A DNA stretch of 64,000 nt. It comes from Sulfuritalea sp. (GTDB lineage: Bacteria; Pseudomonadota; Gammaproteobacteria; Burkholderiales; Burkholderiaceae_C). The notes below the pieces were generated by a model. The model was not told where the DNA came from. It searched no databases and worked only from the letters and a program-made list of their open reading frames with translations. Of the stretch, positions 1 to 8,969 are shown piece by piece; the stretch's first letter is position 1; each line of letters begins with the position of its first letter. The position numbers and the translations under genes are program-made. The DNA is taken from positions 999 to 64,998 of the forward strand of contig JAIPDD010000001.1 of assembly GCA_021737875.1 (NCBI GenBank). Direction: 5' to 3'.

Positions 1-642
1 CAGTTTCAAGCCACACAGGCGCAGGTTCAAGCACTGCAGTCACAGTCAGATGCAGCCCAAACCCAGTCCCGCTTTTTTGTGGTGCAAGCGCCCTACGCAG
101 GCGTGGTGAGCGAGGTGGCAGTGACCTTAGGTGAGATGGCCATGCCTGGAAAAACCCTGCTGGTGATGCATGACCCCGCGGCTTTGCGGATCACGGCATC
201 CATTGCGCAAAGCGCTATGGCTTCGCATGTGGACAAAGTTCAGTTTGAGATTCCAGGTCTGCCAACGCTGCCAGCACGCATGGACGCCGGAGCAGGATCG
301 GTCTTGCCAGTCATCGATGCGGCAACCCAAACAGCCCAACTTCGGGTGAATATTCCAACAAGCGTCAAAGGGGCGGCCCCTGGGATGTTTGCACGTGTAT
401 GGCTAGCAGCTAACAAGACGACACAAACCGCCGGGAAAGCAGAGCGCTTGTATGTGCCCAGCCGTGTGGTGGTGAAAAGGGCGGAGTTGATGGCGGTGTA
501 CGTGGTAGACGACAAAGGCAAGGTGAATTTACGCCAGGTCCGCTTGGGTAACACCGTTGGCGAACAGGTGGAAGTTTTAAGTGGGCTGCGTGCTGGTGAC
601 AAGGTAGCCACCGATCCCCAAGCTGCAGCAAAGGTACGTTGA
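1..642 (+). CDS. RND efflux periplasmic adaptor (membrane fusion protein), 5'-truncated by window edge
   Basis: Frame is open from base 1. APYAGVVS lipoyl half-motif, PGMFARV, and C-terminal VRLG...VEVLSGLRAGDKV. Directly upstream of an RND permease. Confidence 0.9.
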   Translation, partial: QFQATQAQVQALQSQSDAAQTQSRFFVVQAPYAGVVSEVAVTLGEMAMPGKTLLVMHDPAALRITASIAQSAMASHVDKVQFEIPGLPTLPARMDAGAGSVLPVIDAATQTAQLRVNIPTSVKGAAPGMFARVWLAANKTTQTAGKAERLYVPSRVVVKRAELMAVYVVDDKGKVNLRQVRLGNTVGEQVEVLSGLRAGDKVATDPQAAAKVR

Positions 643-643
643 A

Positions 644-3600
644 ATGAAACACCCCCACTTAGGAATTTCGGGTCGGATTGCTGCGGCATTTCAAAAAGCC
701 CACATCACGCCTCTATTGGCACTGATGGCCTTGTTACTCGGCGCTTTTGCAGTGCTGGTGACGCCGCGTGAAGAAGAGCCACAGATCAATGTGACCATGG
801 CCAATGTGTTGATCCCCTTCCCCGGAGCCAGTGTGGCGGATGTGGAGCAAATGGTGGCCACGCCCGCAGAGCAAGTCTTGTCGCAAATGGCGGGAACCGA
901 GCACGTCATGTCCTTGTCACGCCCAGGTTTGGCCGTATTGACGGTGCAATTCAAAGTGGGGGTTCCGCGCACGGAAGCTTTGGTGCGTCTGCATGACACA
1001 TTGCGCTCCAACAGCGACTGGCTGCCTAAGAATCTGGGTGTGTTGGAACCCATCATCAAACCCAAAGGAATCGATGATGTTCCTATTGTGACTTTGACGC
1101 TGTTTAGCAAAAACACAGAGACCGGCGCCTTAGATTTAGAGCGGGTAGCGCACAGCATGGAGGTCGAGCTCAAACGTGTCAGTGGGACACGAGAAGTGCA
1201 AACCATTGGCGGCCCAGGTCGGGCGGTCATGGTGGAACTCGATCCTGTGCGTATGGCCGGTGCTGGCGTGAGTGCCAGCGAGATGCAAAACGCTTTGCAG
1301 TCTGCCAATCTTGGGCTACCAGTGGGAGACCTGATCCACGGAAACCGAAGCACAGCCATTGAATCCGGTCCATTTTTAGAAGATGCCAATGGGGTGGCGG
1401 ACTTGGTGGTGGGTGTCCATAACGGCAAACCGGTATTCATGCGCGATGTCGCTGTAGTTCAAGATGGTGCCATGCCAGCAGCGCGCTATGTATGGCATGG
1501 AAAATCTGAAGCATTAGGTGGTGGCGAATACCCCGCAATCACTTTGAGCATCACCAAGAAATCAGGTGAAAACGCGATCGATGTAGCCAACGCAGTCATG
1601 CGCCGGGTGGATCAACTGCGCAATACGGTGATTCCTGACACGGTAGAAGTCGCAGAAACGCGCAACTACGGCGCATCGGCTGATGCCAAGGCACAAAAAC
1701 TGATTCAAAAATTATTGTTTGCAACGGCCTCGGTGGTTGCATTGGTGTTTTTGGCATTGGGCAAACGAGAAGCCGCCATTGTGGGCGTGGCCGTGATTTT
1801 GACGTTGACTGTGACTTTGTTTGCGTCATGGGCCTGGGGTTTTACCCTCAATCGGGTGTCTCTTTTTGCCTTGATTTTTTCGATCGGGATATTGGTTGAC
1901 GATGCGATCGTGGTGGTCGAAAACATCCACCGCCACCAGCAGCTTTTTCCTGAAAAAACACTGGCGCAGTTGATTCCTGGCGCTGTGGATGAAGTGGGTG
2001 GGCCGACAATTTTGGCCACCTTGACCGTGATCGCTGCCTTGCTGCCAATGGCTTTTGTATCGGGCTTGATGGGGCCGTACATGAGCCCTATTCCTATCAA
2101 CGCCAGCATGGGCATGCTCTTGTCTTTAGCGATCGCGTTCATGGTGACGCCGTGGTTGGCACGCATCTGGATGAAGGAAAGCACGCCCCAACAAGGTGCG
2201 CATTTCACAGGTGAACATCCCACATCGGGACTGAGTGCGAAATTGGCGCCCTTGTTTGAGCGCGTATTTGCTCCTTTGTTGGATGAGAAATCAGGAGGGA
2301 AAAACCGAGGTCTCTTGGGCATAGGTATTGCCGTCTTGATTGCCATTTCTATCGCACTACCAGCAACGGGTTTGGTACTTCTGAAAATGCTTCCGTTTGA
2401 CAACAAGTCAGAATTTCAAGTGGTGGTGGATATGCCTGCAGGCACGCCTTTAGAGGAAACTGCCGCCGTCTTGCATGAACTCAGCGCCTACCTGGCAACT
2501 GTTCCCGAGGTCACCGATTACCAAGCCTATGCAGGAACTGCTGCGCCCATTAACTTCAACGGGCTGGTGCGCCAATACTATTTGCGCTCCGGTGGCGAGG
2601 TGGGCGATATCCAAGTCAACCTGCTCGATAAGCACGAGCGCAGTGACCAAAGCCACGCCATTGCCACCCGCGTTCGTCCTGAATTGCAGCGTATCGGCGC
2701 ACTGCGTGGCGCCAACGTCAAAGTGGTAGAAGTTCCGCCGGGCCCGCCCGTGCTTTCACCTATCGTGGCTGAAATTTATGGGCCCGAAGCGCAAGGGCGA
2801 CAAGAGGTGGCGAAGGCTGTTCGTGCAGTATTTGAGAAGACCCCGGGAATTGTCGACATCGATGACAGCAGCATTGCAGCTGCACCGCGCAAAATTCTCT
2901 TGGTGAATCGCCGCAAAGCAGCGCTCTTGGGCGTACCGCAGCAAGCGATTGTCAGCACCTTGCGTTCTGGGTTGGCAGGCGCGTCTGCTACCTATATCCA
3001 CGATGCAAGCAAATACCCGGTACCCGTGATTTTGCAGTTGCCCCAGCAAAGCCACGGCGACCTCAACGCTTTATTGCAGCTCAGCGTTCGCTCCGCTTCT
3101 GGCCGTTTGGTAGCGATTCGTGAGTTGGTCACCATCAGTGACACGGTTCGTGAGCAACCCATATTTCACAAAGACTTGTTGCCTCTGAATATGGTGGTGG
3201 CAGATATGGCGGGACAACTCGACAGCCCTTTGTATGGCGTATTCTCTATGCGCAAAGACATTGCTGCGATTGCCACACCCGGCGGTGGCAATTTGGTCGA
3301 GTACTTTATCAGCCAGCCTGAAGATGCTTTGCGTGAATATGCCATCAAGTGGGATGGCGAATCGCAGGTCACCTACGAAACATTCAGAGACATGGGCGCC
3401 GCCTACGCGGTGGGCTTGGTCCTGATTTATCTCTTGGTGGTAGCGCAGTTTGGCTCTTACCTAACGCCACTGATCATCATGGCGCCCATCCCGCTGACGA
3501 TTATTGGCGTCATGCCTGGCCACGCCCTCATGGGCGCACAGTACACCGCCACCAGCATGATTGGAATGATTGCGCTGGCCGGCATCATTGTGCGCAACTC

Positions 3601-3892
3601 CATCTTGTTGGTCGATTTCATTAATCTCTTGGTCCGTCAAGGCGTGGCGTTCAAAAAAGCAGTTGTCCAATCGGCCATCACCCGCGCGCAGCCGATTATG
3701 TTGACTGGCTTGGCCGCCATGCTTGGCGCATTCTTCATATTGGATGACCCGATTTTTAACGGATTGGCGATTTCGCTGATCTTTGGTATTTCTGTGTCAA
3801 CGGTGTTGACGCTGATCGTGATTCCTACGCTGTACTTCGCTGCTTACCGCAATCGCACCGAAGCATTGGCGAAAGAAGTGTCTTCTGTTTAG
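644..3892 (+). CDS. RND efflux transporter permease subunit (AcrB/CusA superfamily)
   Basis: 1082 aa. GILVDDAIVVVENI (TM4), GIIVRNSILLVDF (TM10) and RAQPIMLT motifs; two large periplasmic loops. Confidence 0.95.
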   Translation: MKHPHLGISGRIAAAFQKAHITPLLALMALLLGAFAVLVTPREEEPQINVTMANVLIPFPGASVADVEQMVATPAEQVLSQMAGTEHVMSLSRPGLAVLTVQFKVGVPRTEALVRLHDTLRSNSDWLPKNLGVLEPIIKPKGIDDVPIVTLTLFSKNTETGALDLERVAHSMEVELKRVSGTREVQTIGGPGRAVMVELDPVRMAGAGVSASEMQNALQSANLGLPVGDLIHGNRSTAIESGPFLEDANGVADLVVGVHNGKPVFMRDVAVVQDGAMPAARYVWHGKSEALGGGEYPAITLSITKKSGENAIDVANAVMRRVDQLRNTVIPDTVEVAETRNYGASADAKAQKLIQKLLFATASVVALVFLALGKREAAIVGVAVILTLTVTLFASWAWGFTLNRVSLFALIFSIGILVDDAIVVVENIHRHQQLFPEKTLAQLIPGAVDEVGGPTILATLTVIAALLPMAFVSGLMGPYMSPIPINASMGMLLSLAIAFMVTPWLARIWMKESTPQQGAHFTGEHPTSGLSAKLAPLFERVFAPLLDEKSGGKNRGLLGIGIAVLIAISIALPATGLVLLKMLPFDNKSEFQVVVDMPAGTPLEETAAVLHELSAYLATVPEVTDYQAYAGTAAPINFNGLVRQYYLRSGGEVGDIQVNLLDKHERSDQSHAIATRVRPELQRIGALRGANVKVVEVPPGPPVLSPIVAEIYGPEAQGRQEVAKAVRAVFEKTPGIVDIDDSSIAAAPRKILLVNRRKAALLGVPQQAIVSTLRSGLAGASATYIHDASKYPVPVILQLPQQSHGDLNALLQLSVRSASGRLVAIRELVTISDTVREQPIFHKDLLPLNMVVADMAGQLDSPLYGVFSMRKDIAAIATPGGGNLVEYFISQPEDALREYAIKWDGESQVTYETFRDMGAAYAVGLVLIYLLVVAQFGSYLTPLIIMAPIPLTIIGVMPGHALMGAQYTATSMIGMIALAGIIVRNSILLVDFINLLVRQGVAFKKAVVQSAITRAQPIMLTGLAAMLGAFFILDDPIFNGLAISLIFGISVSTVLTLIVIPTLYFAAYRNRTEALAKEVSSV

Positions 3893-3914
3893 TTTTAACC
3901 TTTAGGAGTTTTTC

Positions 3915-4124
3915 ATGACCTCATGGCAAGTTGTACGTTTAGCAGCCGGTGTTTTTATCCTGGTTTCATTGGCATTGGGCATCCCCTCCAGTCCCATTTT
4001 TGTGAGTGAATGGTGGTTGGCGTTCACGGCGTTTGTTGGAGCCAATTTGGCCCAAAGCGCGTTGACACGCTGGTGCATGATGGAGACGATGCTTCGCAAA
4101 TTGGGCATTCAGCCTGGCTGCTAA
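3915..4124 (+). CDS. DUF2892 / YgaP-like small two-TM membrane protein
   Basis: 69 aa; AGGAG RBS. VRLAAGVFIL...FVGANLAQSALTRWC pattern is typical of DUF2892. Confidence 0.8.
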   Translation: MTSWQVVRLAAGVFILVSLALGIPSSPIFVSEWWLAFTAFVGANLAQSALTRWCMMETMLRKLGIQPGC

Positions 4125-4135
4125 AGAAAGAAGCT

Positions 4136-4573
4136 ATGCAATTGATCTGTCCCCACTGTGGCGTAAAAAATCGGGTTGCTGACGACAAACTGGCGCACGA
4201 ATTGGCGTGTGGCAAGTGTGGCGCAGACATCATGGAGGCTAAACCCGCAGCCCTTGGCGATGCAGCGCTTGAGGCATTTATTGCAGGTACCCAACTGCCG
4301 GTCGTGGTTGATTTTTGGGCTGCTTGGTGCGGGCCATGCAAATCGATGGCGCCGCACTTTCAAACAGTTGCTAGCGAATTGCCTTTGGTGCGCTTTGTCA
4401 AAGTCGATACCGACGCGGCACCTGCGGCCAGTAGCAAGTATGCGATTCGCAGCATTCCCACACTCATTTTGTTTGAAGACGGCAAAGAGCGCGCGCGCAT
4501 CTCAGGAGCCCTGCCTGCGCGTGAGCTCAAAGCGTGGGTTCAAGCCCACCAGACCCAAGGAAAAACGCAATGA
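4136..4573 (+). CDS. trxC: Thioredoxin 2 (zinc-finger thioredoxin)
   Basis: N-terminal CPHC...CGKC zinc site, VDFWAAWCGPC active site, IRSIPTL. ATG at 4136. Confidence 0.92.
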   Translation: MQLICPHCGVKNRVADDKLAHELACGKCGADIMEAKPAALGDAALEAFIAGTQLPVVVDFWAAWCGPCKSMAPHFQTVASELPLVRFVKVDTDAAPAASSKYAIRSIPTLILFEDGKERARISGALPARELKAWVQAHQTQGKTQ

Positions 4574-5958
4574 CATGTCGATTCAAACCCACGCACGTGG
4601 TGGTCATGGTTCTTGGCTTGGGGCTTGCACCCTTTGCGCAGGCGCTTGATTTATCCCAAACCTGGCAGGCTACGCTGGCGCATGACCCGCAAATCGCTGT
4701 GTCGCAAGCCGCCCGACTTGCGGGAACCGCAAAGAAACAGCAAGCAGCGGCCTTGTGGCGACCTTCGCTTGTACTGAGCGCCAGCGCTGGCGCCACCAGT
4801 GCAGACACCAGCACCACGGGAGCGAACTTTTCGGCAACGGGTTTCCCGACATCCAATGGGGTGGAGTTCAACACCTCAGTGACAAACGGCAGCAGTACCC
4901 GTTGGACGCTGGGTGCCAAACAGCCCTTGCTAAGCGCTGAGCGCAGCGCCCAAAGCAAGCAACTTGAAATCGCCGCCAGTGTGTCTGAGTTGGAGTGGGA
5001 ATCGGCCCAGGCAGATTTGCTTTTGCGCACGGCGCAGCGTTACTTTGACCTCCTGCTGGCCAACCGAAAGCTCGAGGTATTGCGCCAACAACAAAAGTCG
5101 GTTGACCAAGCCTGGGTTGAAGCCAAAGACCGCTTTGCATTAGGCGATACGCCCGTGACTGACACCCATGAAGCCTTGGCGCGGTCTATGGTGTTGCAAG
5201 CCCAGGTATTGGCTGCACACAACGATTTGGAAATGGCGCAAACCGTTCTTGCACACGCCACGGGTTTGAGTCTGTCCGAACTCCAGCCGATGGAGCCGCC
5301 TGCGGTGGTGCAATTCGCAGAACAAAACGCGCTCGAAAGTGTGATTGCACAGGCCTTGGCTAACAATCCATTGCTACGCATGCAAGCCGCGCAAGTGCAG
5401 CTTGCCCAGCAAGAAGTTGCGAAATTCAGTGCATTGGGTTCTTCCACGCTGGATGTGGTCGCGCAAGCCGGGCAAGACCGTCTCAGTGGCAGTGGTGATT
5501 TTGGCAGTGCCAGCAATACGTCCAACCAACGGATGCTTGGCTTGCAGTGGACCCTGCCAATTTACACCGGTGGTTACCGCAGCGCGCGCCAAAAGGAGGC
5601 CTTGCGCTTGGAGGACAAAGCCCGTGCAGAACTGGAGCGTAGCCGCCAGCAGATCAGCCAACAGACACGCGGCACATGGCTTGCTTTGCAATCTGGAACA
5701 GCGCGACTTGCGGCATTGAATGCAGCCCACCAAGCCAGCATGGCCAGATTGGATGCGACCCGCCTTGGGCGCCAAGTAGGAGACCGCACCACCTTGGATT
5801 TTTTGCAAGCGCAAAACGATGCGAGTAGCGCTGCCTTGGCTTTGGTTCAAGCACGCTGCGATTTGCTGCTCAACCGTTTGCAAATGGATGCATGGCTAGG
5901 ACAACTCGATGCGGCCCACTTGGAAAGCGTGAACGTCTTGTTGAAAACGGGCGGCTAG
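4570..5958 (+). CDS. TolC-family outer membrane efflux channel
   Basis: Signal peptide, two OEP repeats (RYFDLL, LPIYTGG, GDRTTLDFLQAQ). ATGA overlap with the trxC stop. Confidence 0.9.
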   Translation: MTCRFKPTHVVVMVLGLGLAPFAQALDLSQTWQATLAHDPQIAVSQAARLAGTAKKQQAAALWRPSLVLSASAGATSADTSTTGANFSATGFPTSNGVEFNTSVTNGSSTRWTLGAKQPLLSAERSAQSKQLEIAASVSELEWESAQADLLLRTAQRYFDLLLANRKLEVLRQQQKSVDQAWVEAKDRFALGDTPVTDTHEALARSMVLQAQVLAAHNDLEMAQTVLAHATGLSLSELQPMEPPAVVQFAEQNALESVIAQALANNPLLRMQAAQVQLAQQEVAKFSALGSSTLDVVAQAGQDRLSGSGDFGSASNTSNQRMLGLQWTLPIYTGGYRSARQKEALRLEDKARAELERSRQQISQQTRGTWLALQSGTARLAALNAAHQASMARLDATRLGRQVGDRTTLDFLQAQNDASSAALALVQARCDLLLNRLQMDAWLGQLDAAHLESVNVLLKTGG

Positions 5959-5969
5959 TCGATAAAACC

Positions 5970-6011
5970 TTGATCTAGGTCTAATACAAAAAGCACCTAA
6001 ACACCTACGAT
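5970..6011 (+). promoter_or_regulatory. Putative FNR/Anr-type class II promoter
   Basis: TTGAT-CTAG-GTCTA (8/10 match to TTGAT-N4-ATCAA) at 5970-5983. TACGAT -10 hexamer at 6006-6011. Same spacing as the perfect site at 22892. Confidence 0.6.
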
Positions 6012-6037
6012 GGATTCATATTGCACAAGGAGTTGCT

Positions 6038-6397
6038 ATGAATCTATCTTTAGACACCCATTCTTTTCAAGCGCAACTGCTGGGTTTAAGAACCACCCTT
6101 TTGGCGCAAATTTCTGAGCAGCGCGGGGGCGTCAAGAGCCGCGCCGAGGTGGCTGCGGAGCATTTTTCTAATGTTCAAGAGTCCCATGCGCAAACCAGCA
6201 CGCAACGCGACCTTGAATTTGCACTGAACGAGCGAGAAACGGCCGAGCTTGAAGCCATTGATGCAGCGCTTAAACGCTTAGAAGCGGGTACGTATGGCGT
6301 GTGTGTTGATTGCAGCAAGCCGATTGCACAACCCCGACTTTTAGCGACGCCGGAGGCCTCGCGTTGCATCGCTTGCCAAGAAATATCAGAACATTGA
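6038..6397 (+). CDS. TraR/DksA-family C4 zinc-finger protein
   Basis: Coiled coil followed by IDAALKRLEAGTYGVCVDC...RL...P.ASRCIACQ. AGGAG RBS. Confidence 0.88.
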   Translation: MNLSLDTHSFQAQLLGLRTTLLAQISEQRGGVKSRAEVAAEHFSNVQESHAQTSTQRDLEFALNERETAELEAIDAALKRLEAGTYGVCVDCSKPIAQPRLLATPEASRCIACQEISEH

Positions 6398-6417
6398 CCT
6401 CACTAAGAAAGACCACC

Positions 6418-6792
6418 ATGCCTACTTTTCACGCCGTCGTTTGGATCGATCACCAAGAAGCCCACGTCATGCAGTTTGACCATGACCATGTGCAAGCCCA
6501 GCGCATCAAGTCGCGAAGCCACCATAAACACCAAGGCAAACCCCATGAAACGGTCGGTTTGTTTAGCGAGGTGGCAGTTGCATTGGCAGGCGCGCATGAA
6601 ATACTCCTGACAGGCCCAGGCTTGGCGCGAGACCAATTTCGCGATTGGTGCAAGTCAAACCAAACTTCTGTGGCTAATGCAGTCGTTGACAGCGTTGCCA
6701 GTGACCATCCCACCGACCCCCAAATTGTGGCGATGGCACGCAAGTACTTTAAGAAGTTTGACCAAATGGGTTTAGATCCTGCGCTGGTCTAG
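6418..6792 (+). CDS. Small protein resembling the aeRF1/Pelota middle domain ('translational machinery protein' type)
   Basis: 124 aa. HAVVWIDHQEAHV...EILLTGPGLAR...DHPTDPQIVAMARKYF pattern recognised by eye. Confidence 0.6.
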   Translation: MPTFHAVVWIDHQEAHVMQFDHDHVQAQRIKSRSHHKHQGKPHETVGLFSEVAVALAGAHEILLTGPGLARDQFRDWCKSNQTSVANAVVDSVASDHPTDPQIVAMARKYFKKFDQMGLDPALV

Positions 6793-6811
6793 TTCGCTGT
6801 ATTTCCCTAAA

Positions 6812-6847
6812 AAAACAGCCCAAGCACGCAAGCGCTTGGGCTGTTTT
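6812..6847. terminator. Bidirectional intrinsic terminator
   Basis: AAAACAGCCCAAGC-acgcaagc-GCTTGGGCTGTTTT between convergent genes. A second hairpin GCACCCC-AA-GGGGTGC lies at 6855-6870. Confidence 0.85.
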
Positions 6848-6880
6848 GAATGGTGCACCCCAAGGGGTGCGAATCTCAGC

Positions 6881-7885
6881 TTACTTGCTAGAAGCTTCCC
6901 ACACGGCGTGTGAATAAGCTGCTTTGCCTGGGTCTTTTTTGATCACAGGTGAGCTGCCACTCGAGAGCAAAACTTTCACGGTGCGCTCGTAAGCGGCGGG
7001 TTCCAAGTAACCCATTTTTGCTGTACTTGCCGTGGTGATCAATTTAGCCACGTTTTCCATTTGGCGTTTTTGAACCGCTTCATTGGCGCTGCCCGATGTA
7101 TCGGCTTTCACGACAATTTTGGCGGCTTCCGCAGGGTTTTTGACCGCGTCATTCCAGCCTTTAAAGCTGGCCTTCAAAAACTTTGCCATGCGGGCTACAA
7201 AAGCGGGATCTTTGAGGTTGGACTCAAGGACATACAAGCCGTCTTCCAGGGAAGCAACGCCTTCTTTTTCATAGAAGAAGGTGATCAATTCACTTTCTTT
7301 CACGCCAGCGTCAACCACTTGCCAGTACTCGTTGTAAATCATGGTCGAAATACAAGCAGCCTGGTTTTGCAACAAGGGGTCAACATTGAAGCCTTGTTTG
7401 AGAATTTTGATGTCGCTGTTTGTCTTGAGACCCAGCTTTGCCATCCAGTTCAGGAAGGGGTACTCATTGCCGCCGTACCAAACGCCCAAGGTCTTGCCTT
7501 TGAGGTCTTTGGAGCTGGCCACACCGCTGGATTTTTTACAGGTCAGCATCAGGCCAGACTGGTTAAACACCTGGGCAATATTGACCAAAGGCACACCCGC
7601 TTCGCGCGCTGCCAAGGCATCAGGCATCCAGTTCACAACCACATCAGCCCCTTTGCCGGCAATCACTTGAACCGGGGAGATGTCAGGGCCGCCTGCCTTG
7701 ATGGTGACGTCTAAACCTGCATCTTTGTAGTAGCCCTTGGCTTGTGCAACGTAGTATCCGGCGAACTGGGCTTGGGGTAGCCACTTCAGTTGCACCGTTA
7801 CTTTTTCTGCCGACTGGGCAGCAAAGCCACTCACTGCGAGCAGGGTTGCCAGCAGTGTTTTGGATAACTTGGTATTCAGAATCAT
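6881..7885 (-). CDS. ABC transporter substrate-binding protein, NMT1/THI5 family (likely pyrimidine)
   Basis: Signal peptide; QLKWLPQAQFAGYYVAQAKGYY motif; pyd cluster context. Confidence 0.88.
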   Translation of the reverse strand: MILNTKLSKTLLATLLAVSGFAAQSAEKVTVQLKWLPQAQFAGYYVAQAKGYYKDAGLDVTIKAGGPDISPVQVIAGKGADVVVNWMPDALAAREAGVPLVNIAQVFNQSGLMLTCKKSSGVASSKDLKGKTLGVWYGGNEYPFLNWMAKLGLKTNSDIKILKQGFNVDPLLQNQAACISTMIYNEYWQVVDAGVKESELITFFYEKEGVASLEDGLYVLESNLKDPAFVARMAKFLKASFKGWNDAVKNPAEAAKIVVKADTSGSANEAVQKRQMENVAKLITTASTAKMGYLEPAAYERTVKVLLSSGSSPVIKKDPGKAAYSHAVWEASSK

Positions 7886-7994
7886 GAAAAACTCCTCGTG
7901 TTAAAAAAGCAAGAAAAATGGCAGACCTTTGACAGTACACCGGGCGGGGGAATTAAGTATTGGGGCAAACACTGAGTGTGAACAGGAGAGTAGA

Positions 7995-8969
7995 TCACTT
8001 TTGCCCCCGAATCGAGGGGTGCCAAAACGCGATTCGGCGCTCCCAGGCCACAAGAACGGCATAGACCAAAGAGCCGGTGACTGCTGATACCACGACGGCC
8101 GCCCATACCAAGGGCATATTCATGCGGGTGGCTTCGGTGGAAATTCGAAAGCCCAAACCGGATGTAGGAGAGCCAAAAAACTCTGCCACGATGGCGCCAA
8201 TGAGGGCCAAGGTCGCGTTGACTTTGAGCGCGGAAAAGAGAAAAGGAACGGCCGAGGGAAGACGCAAAGACCACAGCGTGCGGCCGTAGTTGGCGGCGTA
8301 GCTGTGCATTAATTCACGCTCTAATCGGTTGGATGCTTGCAAGCCCGCCAAAGTAGACACCAGCATGGGAAAGAACGTCATCAGCACGACCACGGCCGCT
8401 TTGGACTCCCAGTCAAAGCCAAACCACATCACCGCAATTGGCGCTACACCGACCAAGGGAATGGTGCTGGTCAGGGACGCGATGGGCAGCAAACCGCGCT
8501 GTAAAAAGGGCAGCCGATCAATCGCAAGCGCGACGCCAAAGCCCAGGCTGCAGCCTAGCAGCCAACCCGTGACGACGGCTTTCACTACAGTTTGTAAAAA
8601 ATCTTCGCTCAGGGTGGGAACATGCTCCCACAGGGATTGCATGATCAGCCATGGGGCGGGCAACAGCACCCTTGGCACATCGAGAGCCACGGTCAACAAT
8701 TGCCAAAAATACACAATCCAAAGTCCGAAAACTGTCGCAGTCAGGCTGGCAAAAACCGCATGCCCCTCGATCGCTGCCAATCGCCGAATGCCCCAAACGG
8801 CAAGACAGGCCAGGCCTGTTGTGGCAAACCAAAAGAGAGCATCTTTGGGCGTTTCGTTAGAAGCCAAAGAGGATCCTAAAAAGAGAAAGGCCAGCGCTAA
8901 AGAGACCAAAACCAAAGCGGCAGTCAACAACCGACTTGCCCCGGTGGGGTGCGAACTCGGTGTGCTCAT
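7995..8969 (-). CDS. ABC transporter permease (NitT/TauT type)
   Basis: Hydrophobic; LRLPSAVPFLFSALK...GAIVAEFFG...GLG motif. Confidence 0.9.
   Translation of the reverse strand: MSTPSSHPTGASRLLTAALVLVSLALAFLFLGSSLASNETPKDALFWFATTGLACLAVWGIRRLAAIEGHAVFASLTATVFGLWIVYFWQLLTVALDVPRVLLPAPWLIMQSLWEHVPTLSEDFLQTVVKAVVTGWLLGCSLGFGVALAIDRLPFLQRGLLPIASLTSTIPLVGVAPIAVMWFGFDWESKAAVVVLMTFFPMLVSTLAGLQASNRLERELMHSYAANYGRTLWSLRLPSAVPFLFSALKVNATLALIGAIVAEFFGSPTSGLGFRISTEATRMNMPLVWAAVVVSAVTGSLVYAVLVAWERRIAFWHPSIRGQK

Noticed and set aside
6881-7885. Thiamine-precursor (ThiY) transporter under a TPP riboswitch
   Set aside because: No TPP motif is seen upstream, and the pyd context favours pyrimidine uptake.
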